NCBI GenBank assembly: GCA_040954595.2
Contig: CM082578.2
Location: 2,648,831 to 2,712,830 of the forward strand
Reading direction: 5' to 3'
DNA: 64,000 nt
From: Balanoglossus misakiensis
Taxonomy: Eukaryota > Animalia > Hemichordata
Position numbers and translations under genes: made by a program. The notes under the pieces are model-generated. The model saw only the letters and a list, made by a program, of their open reading frames with translations, was not told the DNA's origin and did not search any database. Below, in pieces: positions 1 through 11,537 of the stretch; positions within the stretch are counted from its first letter, which is position 1; each line of letters opens with the position of its first letter.

Positions 1-14
1 AACTGTCTCTTTAA

Positions 15-631
15 AGCCCAGTAACAGCCACTTTTCAGGACCTTTTTCACTGTTTTTGTATCAATTGAAAATTCTTGTTCTCCCCTCAAAAACATGTTTA
101 TTCAAACAGTATTCAGCTTGTAAACTTGTATACTGCATTGTTATTGTTGACAAGAATGTCAGCAATAACTGCAGTTTCCATGTATAGACATTAAATTGCA
201 AAGTTCAATATTGGGTATTATATTATACCAGTATATTGATGGTGTAAATCACGCTATTTGATTGGTCGAGACACGAAACGTGACCGTGATATATTAGCAA
301 TATACCACAGTCATATATCATAGTCAAAGAAAATGCCTTTTTAAAATGTTTTATGCAAAGTTTCAATATACTGGCATAATATAATAGCAATAAAACACCC
401 CCGGCCATGGTATACCACTCGATTTTGACCAGTTCAACTCCATATACGCACTCCCTATTGCTCGTGCATATATGTCATGAACTGGTCAAAATCTCGTGGT
501 ATACCATGGCTGGGGGTGTTTCATTGCTTAATTTGAACATGCTATCAGGAACCAAATGAGAATTTGTAATTGACACAAAAAATAAACACAAATACTGAAA
601 AAAATCACCAAAAGTGGCTGATTCTTGGGCT
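15..631. mobile_element. Non-autonomous TIR element, Kolobok-like termini
   Basis: ttaa|AGCCCAGTAACAGCCACTTTT at 11-35 is imperfectly inverted at 610-631 (AAAAGTGGCTGATTCTTGGGCT|ttta). AG terminus next to TTAA fits Kolobok; the right TSD is imperfect. Confidence 0.45.
223..528. mobile_element. Double-hairpin non-autonomous element nested in the 15-631 element
   Basis: Inverted pair TTATACCAGTATATTGA (223-239) / TCAATATACTGGCATAA (363-379), then a long palindrome 386-528 (AGCAATAAAACACCCCCGGCCATGGTATACCAC ... GTGGTATACCATGGCTGGGGGTGTTTCATTGCT). Confidence 0.55.
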
Positions 632-924
632 TTTATGTAATTTCACATTACCATTGGCAAAACACTTTTCTTATGCTTCCGAAAGCAGCTTTATAATAAA
701 AACATAACAATCATGAAAGAAGAACAAAGCAGATTTTGATAAACACAAAACTTTAATGACTACTGTGTCATGATTATAAACATCCTTATGCAATAAAAAT
801 ATGAATAAAAACAAGTCCAAATGGTGTTTATTGATTACTATGCTGAATGAATCCCAAGTCAGAGCTATTAGGCTGAAGCCTACAAAAGCCAGTTTACAAT
901 ATCCCTATAAAGATGAAAGACCCA

Positions 925-1476
925 TCAATACTTTGTCATGGTAACACAAGGCAGCTGATACAGAACTGAGCATCTTAAATGTACTTGTACTTGCATGTAC
1001 AAATGAGAGCTATCATTAGAGTGGACAAGCAGGTGAGACTTAGTCTTGTACACACTCTTAACACCAAAGGTCTTTCCATATTTATTGCATGTAAATTTGG
1101 CAATATGGAATGATCTGTGATGCTGTTGCATGCCCAACTTCGAAGGATATTTTTTCCCCCACAAATATGACATAGGTGAATTTCATCTTAGTGTTTAGCT
1201 TCATGCCATTTCATACCAAGATAAGATTAGCAGAAAATCCACAAACTTGCGGCGCACAAAACCTCTCTTTGTATGTGAAGATTTATGTTCATCAAGCCTC
1301 ACCCTCTCATGAAAACCTTTACCACAAAAAGAACACCAGTATGGGAAGGTATTTGTATGTACTCTGAAATGTTTGCATAGTCCAGTACAAGTCTTAAATG
1401 TCTTTTGGCACACATTGCAGACTTTTTGCATAGTTCAGGGATTGGCTGCTCTGCCACTATCCACAGAATGGCTTGC
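925..1476 (-). pseudogene. C2H2 zinc-finger gene, frameshifted/degenerate
   Basis: CNVCQKTFKTCTGLCKHFRVH-TNTFPYW-CSFCGKGFHERVRLDEHKSSH (ATG 1431), then broken fingers across frames (CHICG/KKYPSKLGMQQHHRSFH; CNKYGKTF..KSHLLVH). Acceptor ttttccag| before 1476; candidate 5' exon donor CAG|gtaagc at 2121/2120. Confidence 0.75.
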
Positions 1477-1641
1477 CTGGAAAAGAAAGAAAAAACATAA
1501 AGCATCACTTACTATCATATGGTACTCATCACAGGCGTGATGTGGAATGGGTAACTGTGTACCAAATTTACGTTCTTCGACGTTGTGTAATTTGTAAATA
1601 ACAGGACGTCAAGGAACACACTGTTGCCTCACTATCAAATC

Positions 1642-1762
1642 CACAGGTGCTCGTGGACTTGTGCTGTCACAGGGGAGAGCGAATGGGGGGATCTGCTAGG
1701 AGCGATTTCCTTCGCTCCCATTCGCTCTCCCCTGTGACAGCACACGTCCACGAGCACCTGTG
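1642..1762. mobile_element. 121-bp palindromic MITE with 8-bp TSD
   Basis: TIR CACAGGTGCTCGTGGAC..TGTCACAGGGGAGAGCGAATGGG and its inverse; ATCAAATC duplicated at 1634-1641 and 1763-1770. Confidence 0.85.
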
Positions 1763-2156
1763 ATCAAATCCACATAACGGGTCACACCGAGCACTTATGG
1801 ACACCGGCCAATGCATGTAGGAATTCACACGGTTTCCAAATTTTGTCGAAGTGATTTAGAAATGCACCGTGCGAGTGTACAAACGGAAATGTAATACGAG
1901 GTACGACTGCGTTCCAGTGTTTACTTACTGTGTACAGTATAGGAAAGTATACCACATGCACACTGTAAATCAAATTTTGGCGAAGATCTCTGAAAAAACT
2001 ACCGCAACTAGTGTATCGAAACTTTACACGGTGGCGCTTTGTTATAATAGTTGTTCGTTGATCATAGTCTTAAATGCGAAAAGGTTTCCGACTAGGTATA
2101 AAGAGAAGAAAATCGCTTACCTGCGACAACTTTCCAAACGGCAATGGCGGACGCGG

Positions 2157-2172
2157 GGCGCCCCTAGTGGCG
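2157..2172 (-). promoter_or_regulatory. CTCF-like motif just upstream of the putative zinc-finger 5' exon
   Basis: Minus strand reads CGCCACTAGGGGCGCC, close to the CTCF core CCASYAGRKGGCRS; motif match only. Confidence 0.35.
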
Positions 2173-2526
2173 AAAATGTGTATATTGGATGTCACGCTTG
2201 AAAGAATCAGACGTAAAACTATACAGAACTATGCTCCACTATAAAGCATTTTCGGCTGTACTTAGTAGGCTGGATGTCACACTATGTGTTTAACACGTGC
2301 TTTACTTGGGGTTTGGATGCTCTACACATAATGTCTATGGAGGGCCTGAATAGGCTATTTCACCCAGAATCTTGGTCAAATGGATTTTGCATTGAACTTT
2401 ATAATTGTTAGAACAGTGCAGCCAACAGTAGAAACATTAGTCTTGTTGCCAACAATTACAATTTTGAGTGTAAGTGGATATCTTGTCAACGAATATCATC
2501 TGATCTTTTGTTTTTTTTTGTTTCAG

Positions 2527-2651
2527 AGTATGCAAATGATTTACTGCAGAAAGCATTCATCATTGGAATTAACACCAAGCTTGACACGGCACCCATCATA
2601 GCAGAGACTCTACAACTGTTGAATATGGAATCAGTCACAGTATATTCATAA
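2527..2651 (+). pseudogene. INTS1: Orphan terminal exon of Integrator complex subunit 1 (duplicate A)
   Basis: tttcag|(E)YANDLLQKAFIIGINTKLDTAPIIAETLQLLNMESVTVYS*, recognisably like the INTS1 C-terminus (EHAAVLLHRAFLVG...ISEALRILHME). AATAAA near 2980. The preceding exon is absent from this copy. Confidence 0.75.
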
Positions 2652-3429
2652 AGTGAACTCTCTTACATGGACTTTAATAGTAGCGGGGAAAAATATCTCT
2701 CAGATCTTGTCGCTTTTCATTTTATATAAACACTACTGCACACAGCAGTTCTTCATGAAGATAGAGTCTTTTCTTTGCTTTTTGTGATGGACCCTCATAC
2801 ATGCCCACACTGTCAGTCATAGGTCAACTGACATCTGAGGCTCAGTTATAGATTTTTCTCTATTCTAAATCCACTGTGCATATTGAATTTTGAAAGAAAA
2901 AAATTACATTTCATTGAGTGATATGGACACTGATATGGAGAGATCATTGCTTGATTTAAATATTCATGCAAAGATTAAGAATAAAGAGCATTTATAAGAC
3001 AAGACACCATCGTGTGATTCGATATTCTGTTTTTAATCTGTTACTTCCGTGTTGATTCTTTGTGAGGCAGACGTTAAAAAGGCAGACATACATACATGCT
3101 TGCATACATAAATAAATACACACAAGGGTGAGTTGGCGATCGTCGTCATGGATTGATGGCAGCTCAGTTGAGTTGTTGAACTTGAAAAAAATGTTAATCC
3201 TCTTTTTGCACTAGTTTGCCGAAATTAGTGAGATTTGGAGTTTCCTATCCAGTAAAGTTTCTCTGTTTACAAGTCAAGCTTTGTATGAAATTAGAATAGG
3301 TACTGAGTTTAACAAAAAATGTAACTTTTGTGCCGTGTTTTGTTTGTGTATCACATGAGAATGCCCTCGGCGCAGTACAAACTGCTTAGCCAGGCGAGAT
3401 CTCTCTTGGAGTTCTGAAAATTGTCTCAG

Positions 3430-4119
3430 TATTAGACTTCGAGATGCTCTAAATACTCCCGATTCTGTTCTGGATGATAGTACTTGCAGTAATAGTTCAG
3501 GCAAAAGTTGTCATGTTTAGTGGTGGGATACATTAGTTGGTCTGCTGGTTGGATGATGAAGGTGATGAAGAGACGGGTGTGAGCGTGAATTGGTGATTTT
3601 GGATGGAATTTCTGGCGTTCTCACAACCCATATCCAACACTAAACTGATGTTCTGACACAGTCGCCAAAATTCTATACTTGTCTAGTTACTTGAACCATG
3701 CACTCGTCTTCGATTACTCCACCACACTCGTTCGGAATGCCTAGGGAAAATATTATCCATAATTGTCTTTTTTTAAAGTTCTTATTTGGCTTTACCAGGC
3801 TTGTCAGTGTGTCCAACTAGTCAATCACAATGTCCACAGCTCTGAATGTCTTGGATGGTCCGATATAGCTGCCAACAACTTTCAAGAACCTGGTCGTGTG
3901 AATCGGAATCGGATCCTCATTTTCCAATATGTCGGGTAGCATCATGATCTCGTCGAAACACTCCACGCTGTGCGTTAAGACAATATCGTATACGGCGTCG
4001 TTGTAAGCCATGATTTGAGCAGAGGAACAAACCCATGGCTGAGAACGGAATGGATGCCCGGCTTCGAGGCCACGATACACGATGACCAGAAGAGCAGATA
4101 CGACAAACAGCAACCTCAT
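3430..4119 (-). pseudogene. Unrecognised secreted-protein family, paralog 1 (disabled)
   Basis: Signal-peptide-like MRLLFVVSALLVIVYRGLEA after acceptor ttctacag|. TAG at 3817-3819 where paralog 2 has AAG. Downstream remnant NYYCKYYHPEQNREYL near 3450-3500 is shared with the other paralogs. Confidence 0.65.
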
Positions 4120-5534
4120 TGTACGTGTTTACCTGTAGAAGAAAGAATTATTTCTCCATAAAGGTTTATACCATCAGGGACAAACTCCTATACGAAGAAG
4201 TACGTTAGGAAACTGTTTATGTCCAATGGATGCCCCAATCAAACAACGATAATATTTCATTTAGATTTCAATGCAGCTACAAAACCGGCTTTATGCATTC
4301 TTTTATTTCGATCATGGCAATTAATTTTATGGCAGAATGGACACAGCGAAAAAAAAAAAAAACAATTTTGCCGAAAATGGGGCATTATTCATGTCTTTTC
4401 TCCGCAACAGAAATGCATATCCCCGCAACGAATTAATCTACATCAGTCTTGCTCCAAAACTTCGTGACATTGAAATGCGCCCACGTATAGAACGTCCTGT
4501 GCACGCGACGCTAATGACATCATCGCTCTGCTACAAACATCACCATATAAAAACTGCACGGAAATATACTTACCCCTTCTTACTGCGTAGTGATTAGCTT
4601 TGAAAGTGTGAAACGAACGCTTACATGCATCTCTAGGATGAATTCTTTTGTGTTTGCACGAATTTTATAAATGCCTTGCAAATTATTGGAGTATACTGTC
4701 ACCATATGTGTGTTATTCAAAAATATCGGGAAGTTTTTTTCTAAATAGCTTATATTAAAACATGACAAAGTGTAAAAAATAGAAGTTATACAGAAGAATG
4801 CTGGTCGACTTTTTTCAGTTTAATATGTGCCACGCATACACCTGGGTGTCCCCCTTGATGAGAAAATGTACTCCCATACATAGCTGCTCTCAGACATATA
4901 TCCCTCACACTAACTTACAGCCCTACATCACAGGATGGACATCTGACGGACTGTGCCTATAATCTGTGCATCATACACACCTTATATTTCCTTCATAGTG
5001 ACATCTTATAACAACGGTCGGAGTGTCGTCCTCCCACTCATCCTGAAACACGAGAATGACAAGAATGTTTATCCTTCCATCTAACATCACTTATACTCCA
5101 CATCGTGGCCATAATCTGAGTGACTTCCATTATGATAACACACAGATTTGAAATAATATCAATATTTGCTATTGTTCCCCAACATGAATATAATGCTACA
5201 GATCTCTCTTCACTTGCTCAAAACCGTACATTGTACTTCCGGTCAGCAGATTCGCAATGGGTGTATTACATGGAAATAAACCTATATTATTGCAAATTTG
5301 GATACTTCGAATTTATGTGACATACCTCCCAGCCAGTATCCCCAACATCTTCTTCTATCTTAACATATAGTTCAGGAATCAGTCCCAATTTACCATTTAT
5401 TTTACCCTGCACACAAATTAAACAAATGCGAATAAATTCTATGAATGTCTGTTCTCTTGTGCAAGTATACCCGGCATTCTAGGGGAGTATGAAAATGACT
5501 ACGTTTGCCACTGACTCGGCACTGTTTGGGTTAA

Positions 5535-5848
5535 AGCGCCTAGCTCGTCTCACACGCATGTTCCAGCTGTAGCCGCTGGTTACAGACGTTTAGTGAGCAG
5601 TCAATCCCATAAGGCAGTGCTCTGTCCTAACAACAGAGAAGATGGCGGCGACCATAATCTGTGTCGGAGATCGTGAACAGACACCAGCTTGGGTGAAAAG
5701 GAGGGACAAAACCAGAATCTACTTATACGGTGCGCATGAAATATGGAAGGAAGCGAAGGCAGTCCACTATTTGAATGCATCGAACGGAAAATTTGCTTGA
5801 CATTTGCTGGCTAAATTACGCGCATGTGTGTGAGACGAGCTAGTCGCT
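5535..5848. mobile_element. Kolobok-type non-autonomous DNA transposon
   Basis: TTAA at 5531-5534 and 5849-5852; TIR AGCGCCTAGCTCGTCTCACACGCATG / CATGTGTGTGAGACGAGCTAGTCGCT. Related internal sequence recurs at ~6275-6430 and ~7355-7575. Confidence 0.8.
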
Positions 5849-7989
5849 TTAAATGAGAATTGAAAGTCTCCAGAGGGTTTGAACATTTATCAAAAATTAC
5901 AGAAACTGAAAATCCACCAGAAACAAAAGACTTTTTGTATGGTACGATTTTGCATTTGCATCAGTGCAATTTCTGGAACCATATTAAAATTTCATCTTCA
6001 AAGTCTCTATTTCATTTTATACTCCATTCTTCAGGAAATAACACAATAAAATGATATTCTTACTTCAATCCAACTTCTGGTTATTGGTATGACATCACCT
6101 TTCTTGAAACTCAATTCTCCGCTAGTCGTTGCAACAAAGTCATACTGGGCCTGTGGTGTTTAAACAACACACAGCAGTGTTGGTACCAAAATGAAACATT
6201 TGCATGAAATATCAAAACATTTAAAGGGCGATGGTGTTCATTTTATGCGCATATCAGATGTGTCAAACCAGAGGTCTCTGGTTACAATATTTGTACATGG
6301 TCAATGCCATAAGGCAGTAACAACAGACAAGATGGCGGCGACCATAGTCTGTTTTGGAGAGTGGGAAAAGACAGCAAATTTTGCATACAGAACAAATTTA
6401 ACAGCTTTACCCACGCGTGTGCATTACAGAATAACGTCCTGGTTGACCATACATGCATTTGGGAAAAGGCCAGTGTGTCCTCTAAGCCCGTAAGACGCGC
6501 CACTCAGACTCAATAAACTCACTGGTGACCCAAGAAAATTATCCACACTACATGTACATGCAAAGGCACATAGGGCTGACTCAGAGAAAATACACAGATA
6601 AGGTACCTGTAGATCAAGTTGACCTTGAATCTGAAAATCCTGCTTTCTTGATTTGCAGTCTTGTCACAGTCCCCCCATCCCCCTATATACATGGTACACC
6701 CTCTCCTGTCTGTCGTAATCCACCCCTCTCTTCCCCTGTATTGTCTCTGACTCCATGTTCCTGTTTATAAAAAGTCTATCAGTCCAGTATTCAATACAAA
6801 TTCAAGATGCTTACCAGAGCCCTGGGTCCAGTGATTGCAGCTACAGTGACTGGTTTATTTTCTTTGACACTTGTTGTTGGCGGTGGTTCTGGTTTGACAC
6901 CAAGTCTGCAATATGGACAGAGGGAGAGGTGAAGTCATGCAGGCTCTTATTTCAAATCGGTTTCAATGACTCCCAGCATAGTAGTGAGACGACCTCACTT
7001 TGAATCACTTTCAACAACACAAACGCAGTCCCCTTTTGCAGATTTTTTTTTTAGGGGAGGGGGGCGATTTTTTACTAAATGAAACATCTCCAACATATTA
7101 GTGACATCATTTTATATAATAAGGGGCACTGGCCCCCATTTTGCTAGTTGGTGCCCACATATCAACATGGGCATGAATACCCCCACCGCTAGGCCCCGCC
7201 CAGATGAAACACTGTAATTTTTCAATTTGAGATAAGTGATGTCAATGCAAATAAAACTGTTCTATTTAACAACTGCATTGAGGCGATTTTTAAGACCAAC
7301 ATATTATCCATACCCTATCTGACAAATGTGGGCACTCTTTGGCCAACAACATGAGACTCTGGTTACAAAAATTGTACAAAGTCAATGCCATAAGGCATGT
7401 GATATGCTAACAACAGACAAGATGCCAGGACCATAATTTGTGTAGGAGATTGGAAAAAGACAGCAAATTGGGTGTAAAAGTTTCCTTAAACTGAGTACTG
7501 TGTGCATGAAATATGGAAGGAAGCAAAGACAGTCCACTATTTGAATGCATCGAACGCAAAATTTGCAGAACATTTGGATTGGACGTAAAATAAATGTTTG
7601 TACACATGAAATTATACACATGTGTATAACACGATCGCCATTAAGTACAGAAAGTCTAATTTTACATTTACACTTCAAATGTAGGACTATTCATGTACAC
7701 TGATACCGCAAATGAAATCAAGCTGTACTCTAGGAGATTTGCTTTTGCTGTCTTGCTGTTGTTGGTGTGCCAACCATCTTGCCTTCTCTGATGGTGTCAC
7801 ATGCTGTATTTTACCGTTGGGAGCTTTAATAACTGGTGTGTCGATGTCTCCTGGCGTCTGACAGAGGAAATCCATCACTATATCATGCTGGGAAATCCTT
7901 GCGTCGAGAGCTACCAGTTTCTGAAGGGAGAAGAAATTGAGAAGTTGAATTGCAATGAACTTTATCCAGTGCTGCAATGCTGCTACTGA

Positions 7990-8215
7990 CTTAAAGGGAC
8001 AAAAGCCTCTCTCTCTTGCTGCCCTTTTTCCATTATTTATGTTTCACACAAGACACCGTTTATGTCATTCTACACGTGGATATATAGTGAATCAACGTTC
8101 GACCACACACAACTTCCATCCCACTTGCAGACACGAGAGTGAAAAACTCACCAAAATGAATAACCGGTGTTTACCATTTATTCATTTTGGCAAGTTTTCA
8201 CTCTCATATCCTTCA
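7990..8215. mobile_element. Truncated copy of a TTAA-flanked palindromic MITE family
   Basis: TTAAAGGGACAAA..CTCTCTCT start. Homologous to ~41610-41875, ~43790-44033 and the full-length copy at 55414-55760. Confidence 0.75.
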
Positions 8216-8708
8216 ATCAGTACAACTTTCATTATAGCCCCAATAGCTGTCACTGGTAGCATATTTTGTAATGGGCAACTTAATACATGGGTGTGGCACT
8301 CATTTATTACTGAACTTGATCATATTTAAATATGCAGCCACAATCAGAGGTTGATTACATGTTGGTGTATACCCATCAGTAAGTCCATTTAAATAGACCA
8401 CTCTAAGTTTGAAAAAAAAATGCCAAAAATGGCAGCTATTGGGTCTTCAACAATGCTTGAATTCTTTTCACGAAAGCAATTTTTACCTGGTAATGTTGGT
8501 AATTTCCTTGGTCCTGCATGACCGGCTTCATAGGGGAATCTGTCATCTAATCGTTCTTGTAGAGTGTTAAAATAACTATATCGTCTCACAATCAGGTATG
8601 ACTTCCCACTTTCTAGAGTCACTTCAATGAAATATACCTGATGTTCAGAAAGTCATGGTACAACACAAATCAATACATCAGAATTGGGAGTAGTACTTAG
8701 ACAAAAAT

Positions 8709-8900
8709 ACTGTGAAACATGTTATTTTCGCGAGCAATAATTTTTTCGCAAAATACGCGAGAGCCAAAATAACGTGAACTGTTTTTTTCAGTGATAATGA
8801 TGCAGTAAATAAAATAAGAGAACGCGAAAATTAATACTCGCAAAACAGTTGCCTCTTTTGATATCGCGAAAATTTCCTGACGCGAAAATAACATGTTTTG
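8709..8900. mobile_element. Short TIR element with TTCGCG/CGCGAA subrepeats
   Basis: AAACATGTTATTTTCGCG (8716-8733) is inverted at CGCGAAAATAACATGTTT (8881-8898). Confidence 0.6.
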
Positions 8901-11537
8901 CTTCAAACAGTTTGTAACACAGTTTCAACTTTTCACACTCTAAGGATCAGTCAGTATGTCAGCCGACTTACTCAAGATGGTGCAGGCATGTAATTCGCTC
9001 CATATAGCACTCGCCTGACGGCTCGTGCTACATGTCTCGAATTGTACCCAAATCTTGTGTATACCCGCCTGTGGCAGGGGTAATCGTTTAATCATAGGCT
9101 CATAGCACTGGTAATCATTTGGAAATGTTGTGGACATTTAATGATTTTCAGAAAACAAATATCTTTTCCAGGATTTTCAAAAGGCAATAAAATGAAATTC
9201 AATACTTTCAATTTCAAAGATACAGCAATAAAGAATACTGTGTTACGACACACCCTGTTTAGTCGCTTAGTCAAGAGAGGATTAGTTTTTCTTTGCATAA
9301 CAAAGGGCCCTGCCTTTTCAACTAGTTCATTTAAATATTAGTAATAACCAGATGGTCACCCATATAAAAGGCCTTCTCACAAAAACCACGAGGCACACTT
9401 CTCAACACTGACTCGTAGGAGCATGTCACTCCAGCTCCACATCGCCTTGGGAATTAGGAATTTACCTAGCTGGGCTGGACTCTGTGAGCAACGGGCTTTG
9501 TGTGAGCAACTGGCTTCAATGAATGTCGGACTTTGTCAGCAATGGACTTGTGTGCCTTGGTGAGGCTTGAGTTCGGCCAGGACTTTTGTGGACTCGGTAA
9601 CTCTTCGACCAAGCAGGGTAAGACACATAGAACATTTTTTTTCTGTGCGACCTTTTGATTTTAGAATGTTAATTTTTCAATTAAACATTGTGTTGTTGAA
9701 CTACAAACTCATTGTACTACAAACTCCATTGTGTGCTCCCGGTTTCGTTGCTTAATCGTGATGGTGGCGACTAGGGGTCAATATGAAGCAAATGACCCAT
9801 CCCTTCTGACTTAGTTCCTTGGCAAACCTCATTTGACCCTTATCGCCCGAGGTGGGCACCCTCGCCGAGGGGAGACAGCTAACCAAGGCAAAATCTCGAG
9901 CGACTGAAATGAGCTTAGCAAAGGGGAATCTTACACAACGTCATACTCAAAACATATGTGACATACTTACGCACTAGCGGCGAGTAAGGCAGTCATTGTA
10001 TCCAACAGAATCTAGCCAGTTCGCTAAGACCAGAACTGTCTCTCTCATGGTAAAGATTTGACTCCATCGCTACCAGCCTCTCAGCTCCAGAGGGCGCCGT
10101 CAATGACCTTTGACATTTCAAAGACGTAGTGCATGTATTTAAAATATCAGCCCGAACGCAGGTCAGCCATTTGACCGTTAATTGCCAGGTTTTATAGTTC
10201 TGGTGACGCCCTCAACGTTCTGTCGTACACACAGCCAGAAGTGGCATGCGAAAGTCCCGCGCTTTTTTTAATGCCAAATTAACAAGCAGGGACGGCAGTT
10301 GAATGACTCAAACTGATAAAAAGGCCAAAATTATATCTAAACTACATATCTGTATGTTTTTTGTTGGAAAAAAACATGTTTTCTTTGCAAAAATAAGCGA
10401 ATTACGGAGTGACCCCAGAACAAATAAAATCAAAACACGCCGCACTTCCGGGTTTTTACGAACTGCCGCACTTTTATATAAAAATGAATTTTTAAATTTA
10501 AACATAATTTTCCGTGAATTCGATATATCTTGTAATAAAATTTAAAAAATCATGATGCAACCCCCAGAGATCTTCGCTCAAGCGCTCCTTAAATTCAGCC
10601 CGTATTGTGACGCAACGCCTCAGAGTAGCTCATAGCTTTGCATGTACTCGGTCGATTTGTATCGCCGAACTGTTGCTCTGCAGAGTCTGTAATCATCAAA
10701 TTTTCATTGTGTCGAAATTGGCTAGCATGTGGCTGGCATGATCGCTGTATTTCAGCGTATAAATCTTATACTGTCTCCCCTTGCTGTCTCCCCGTGCTGA
10801 ACAGTTTGTAGAGAGTGGAAGACCAAATGCTGTCTCCCCGTGCTGAACAGTTTGTAGAGAGTGGAAGGCCAAAGTCACAGGGTGCCTACTAGTTGAGGAT
10901 TTTACACGTAGTAGGCCTAAAGGCCGAGTTACACAGGGCAACTCGGCAGGCAACTCGGTAGGCAACTCGACGCGCAACCCGAGTCGCGTCGCTACATCGA
11001 ACAGTTAATTGAGCGTAAACAGGGGCTGCGCATGTGCAGCCGCCTCAGAAGCCGATCAACAATTCGATCTTTATCCGATCAATGCATAAATATTTGGTGA
11101 TTATATTATACTTGTCAATTAGCTGATCAACCTGGTCATCTGACCAAGTATTTTTTCCTGGAAAAAAAACAGTTTGCGAATTTCAATTGCACACAATACG
11201 TATACTTTCTCCACTATGTATTGCTATTGACATAATATACTAACTAGTTTTGCACTTCAACAGTATCCTCATCAATAAAAACACGTTTTTTTTTCTCAGT
11301 TAGCAGGTGATTTGCAAGTCTATATCAGTAAAGAAAAAATACTAGTTTGGGTGTTTAGTTTAATTGATGAATACGAAATTTTTAATCGTGATACCAAATT
11401 GGACAACATTTAAACGTTACTAAATATTTTTTAATAACAAAAGAGTAACTTAAGTTTAATTACAAAAACATTGACTTAGTTTATTTAAAATGTACTTGAA
11501 ACCAGGTACTAGTATATTTTAAATCCGGCGAGTTTAA

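Larger units (their letters stand above)
4981..8637 (-). pseudogene. NCF4: p40phox/NCF4-like PX-SH3-PB1 gene, incomplete
   Basis: AG/GT-bounded exons: 8637-8487 VYFIEVTLESGKSYLIVRRYSYFNTLQERLDDRFP...LPTLP (PX); 7920-~7700 KLVALDARISQHDIVMDFL (PX end, donor uncertain); 6905-6815 ...AAITGPRAL; 6150-6064 AQYDFVATTSGELSFKKGDVIPITRSWIE and 5406-5326 GKINGKLGLIPELYVKIEE (SH3); 5042-4981 DEWEDDTPTVVIRCHYEGNI(R) (PB1 start). Domain order and several intron positions match p40phox as I recall it. Confidence 0.75.

Noticed and set aside
9241-9937. Possible solo LTR (TGTTAC start, TATA-like motif, TTACA end)
   Set aside because: No target-site duplication, second LTR or internal domain found.
10782-10868. 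Short direct duplication (similar case at 48852-48967)
   Set aside because: Two-copy local slippage-type duplications with no further structure.
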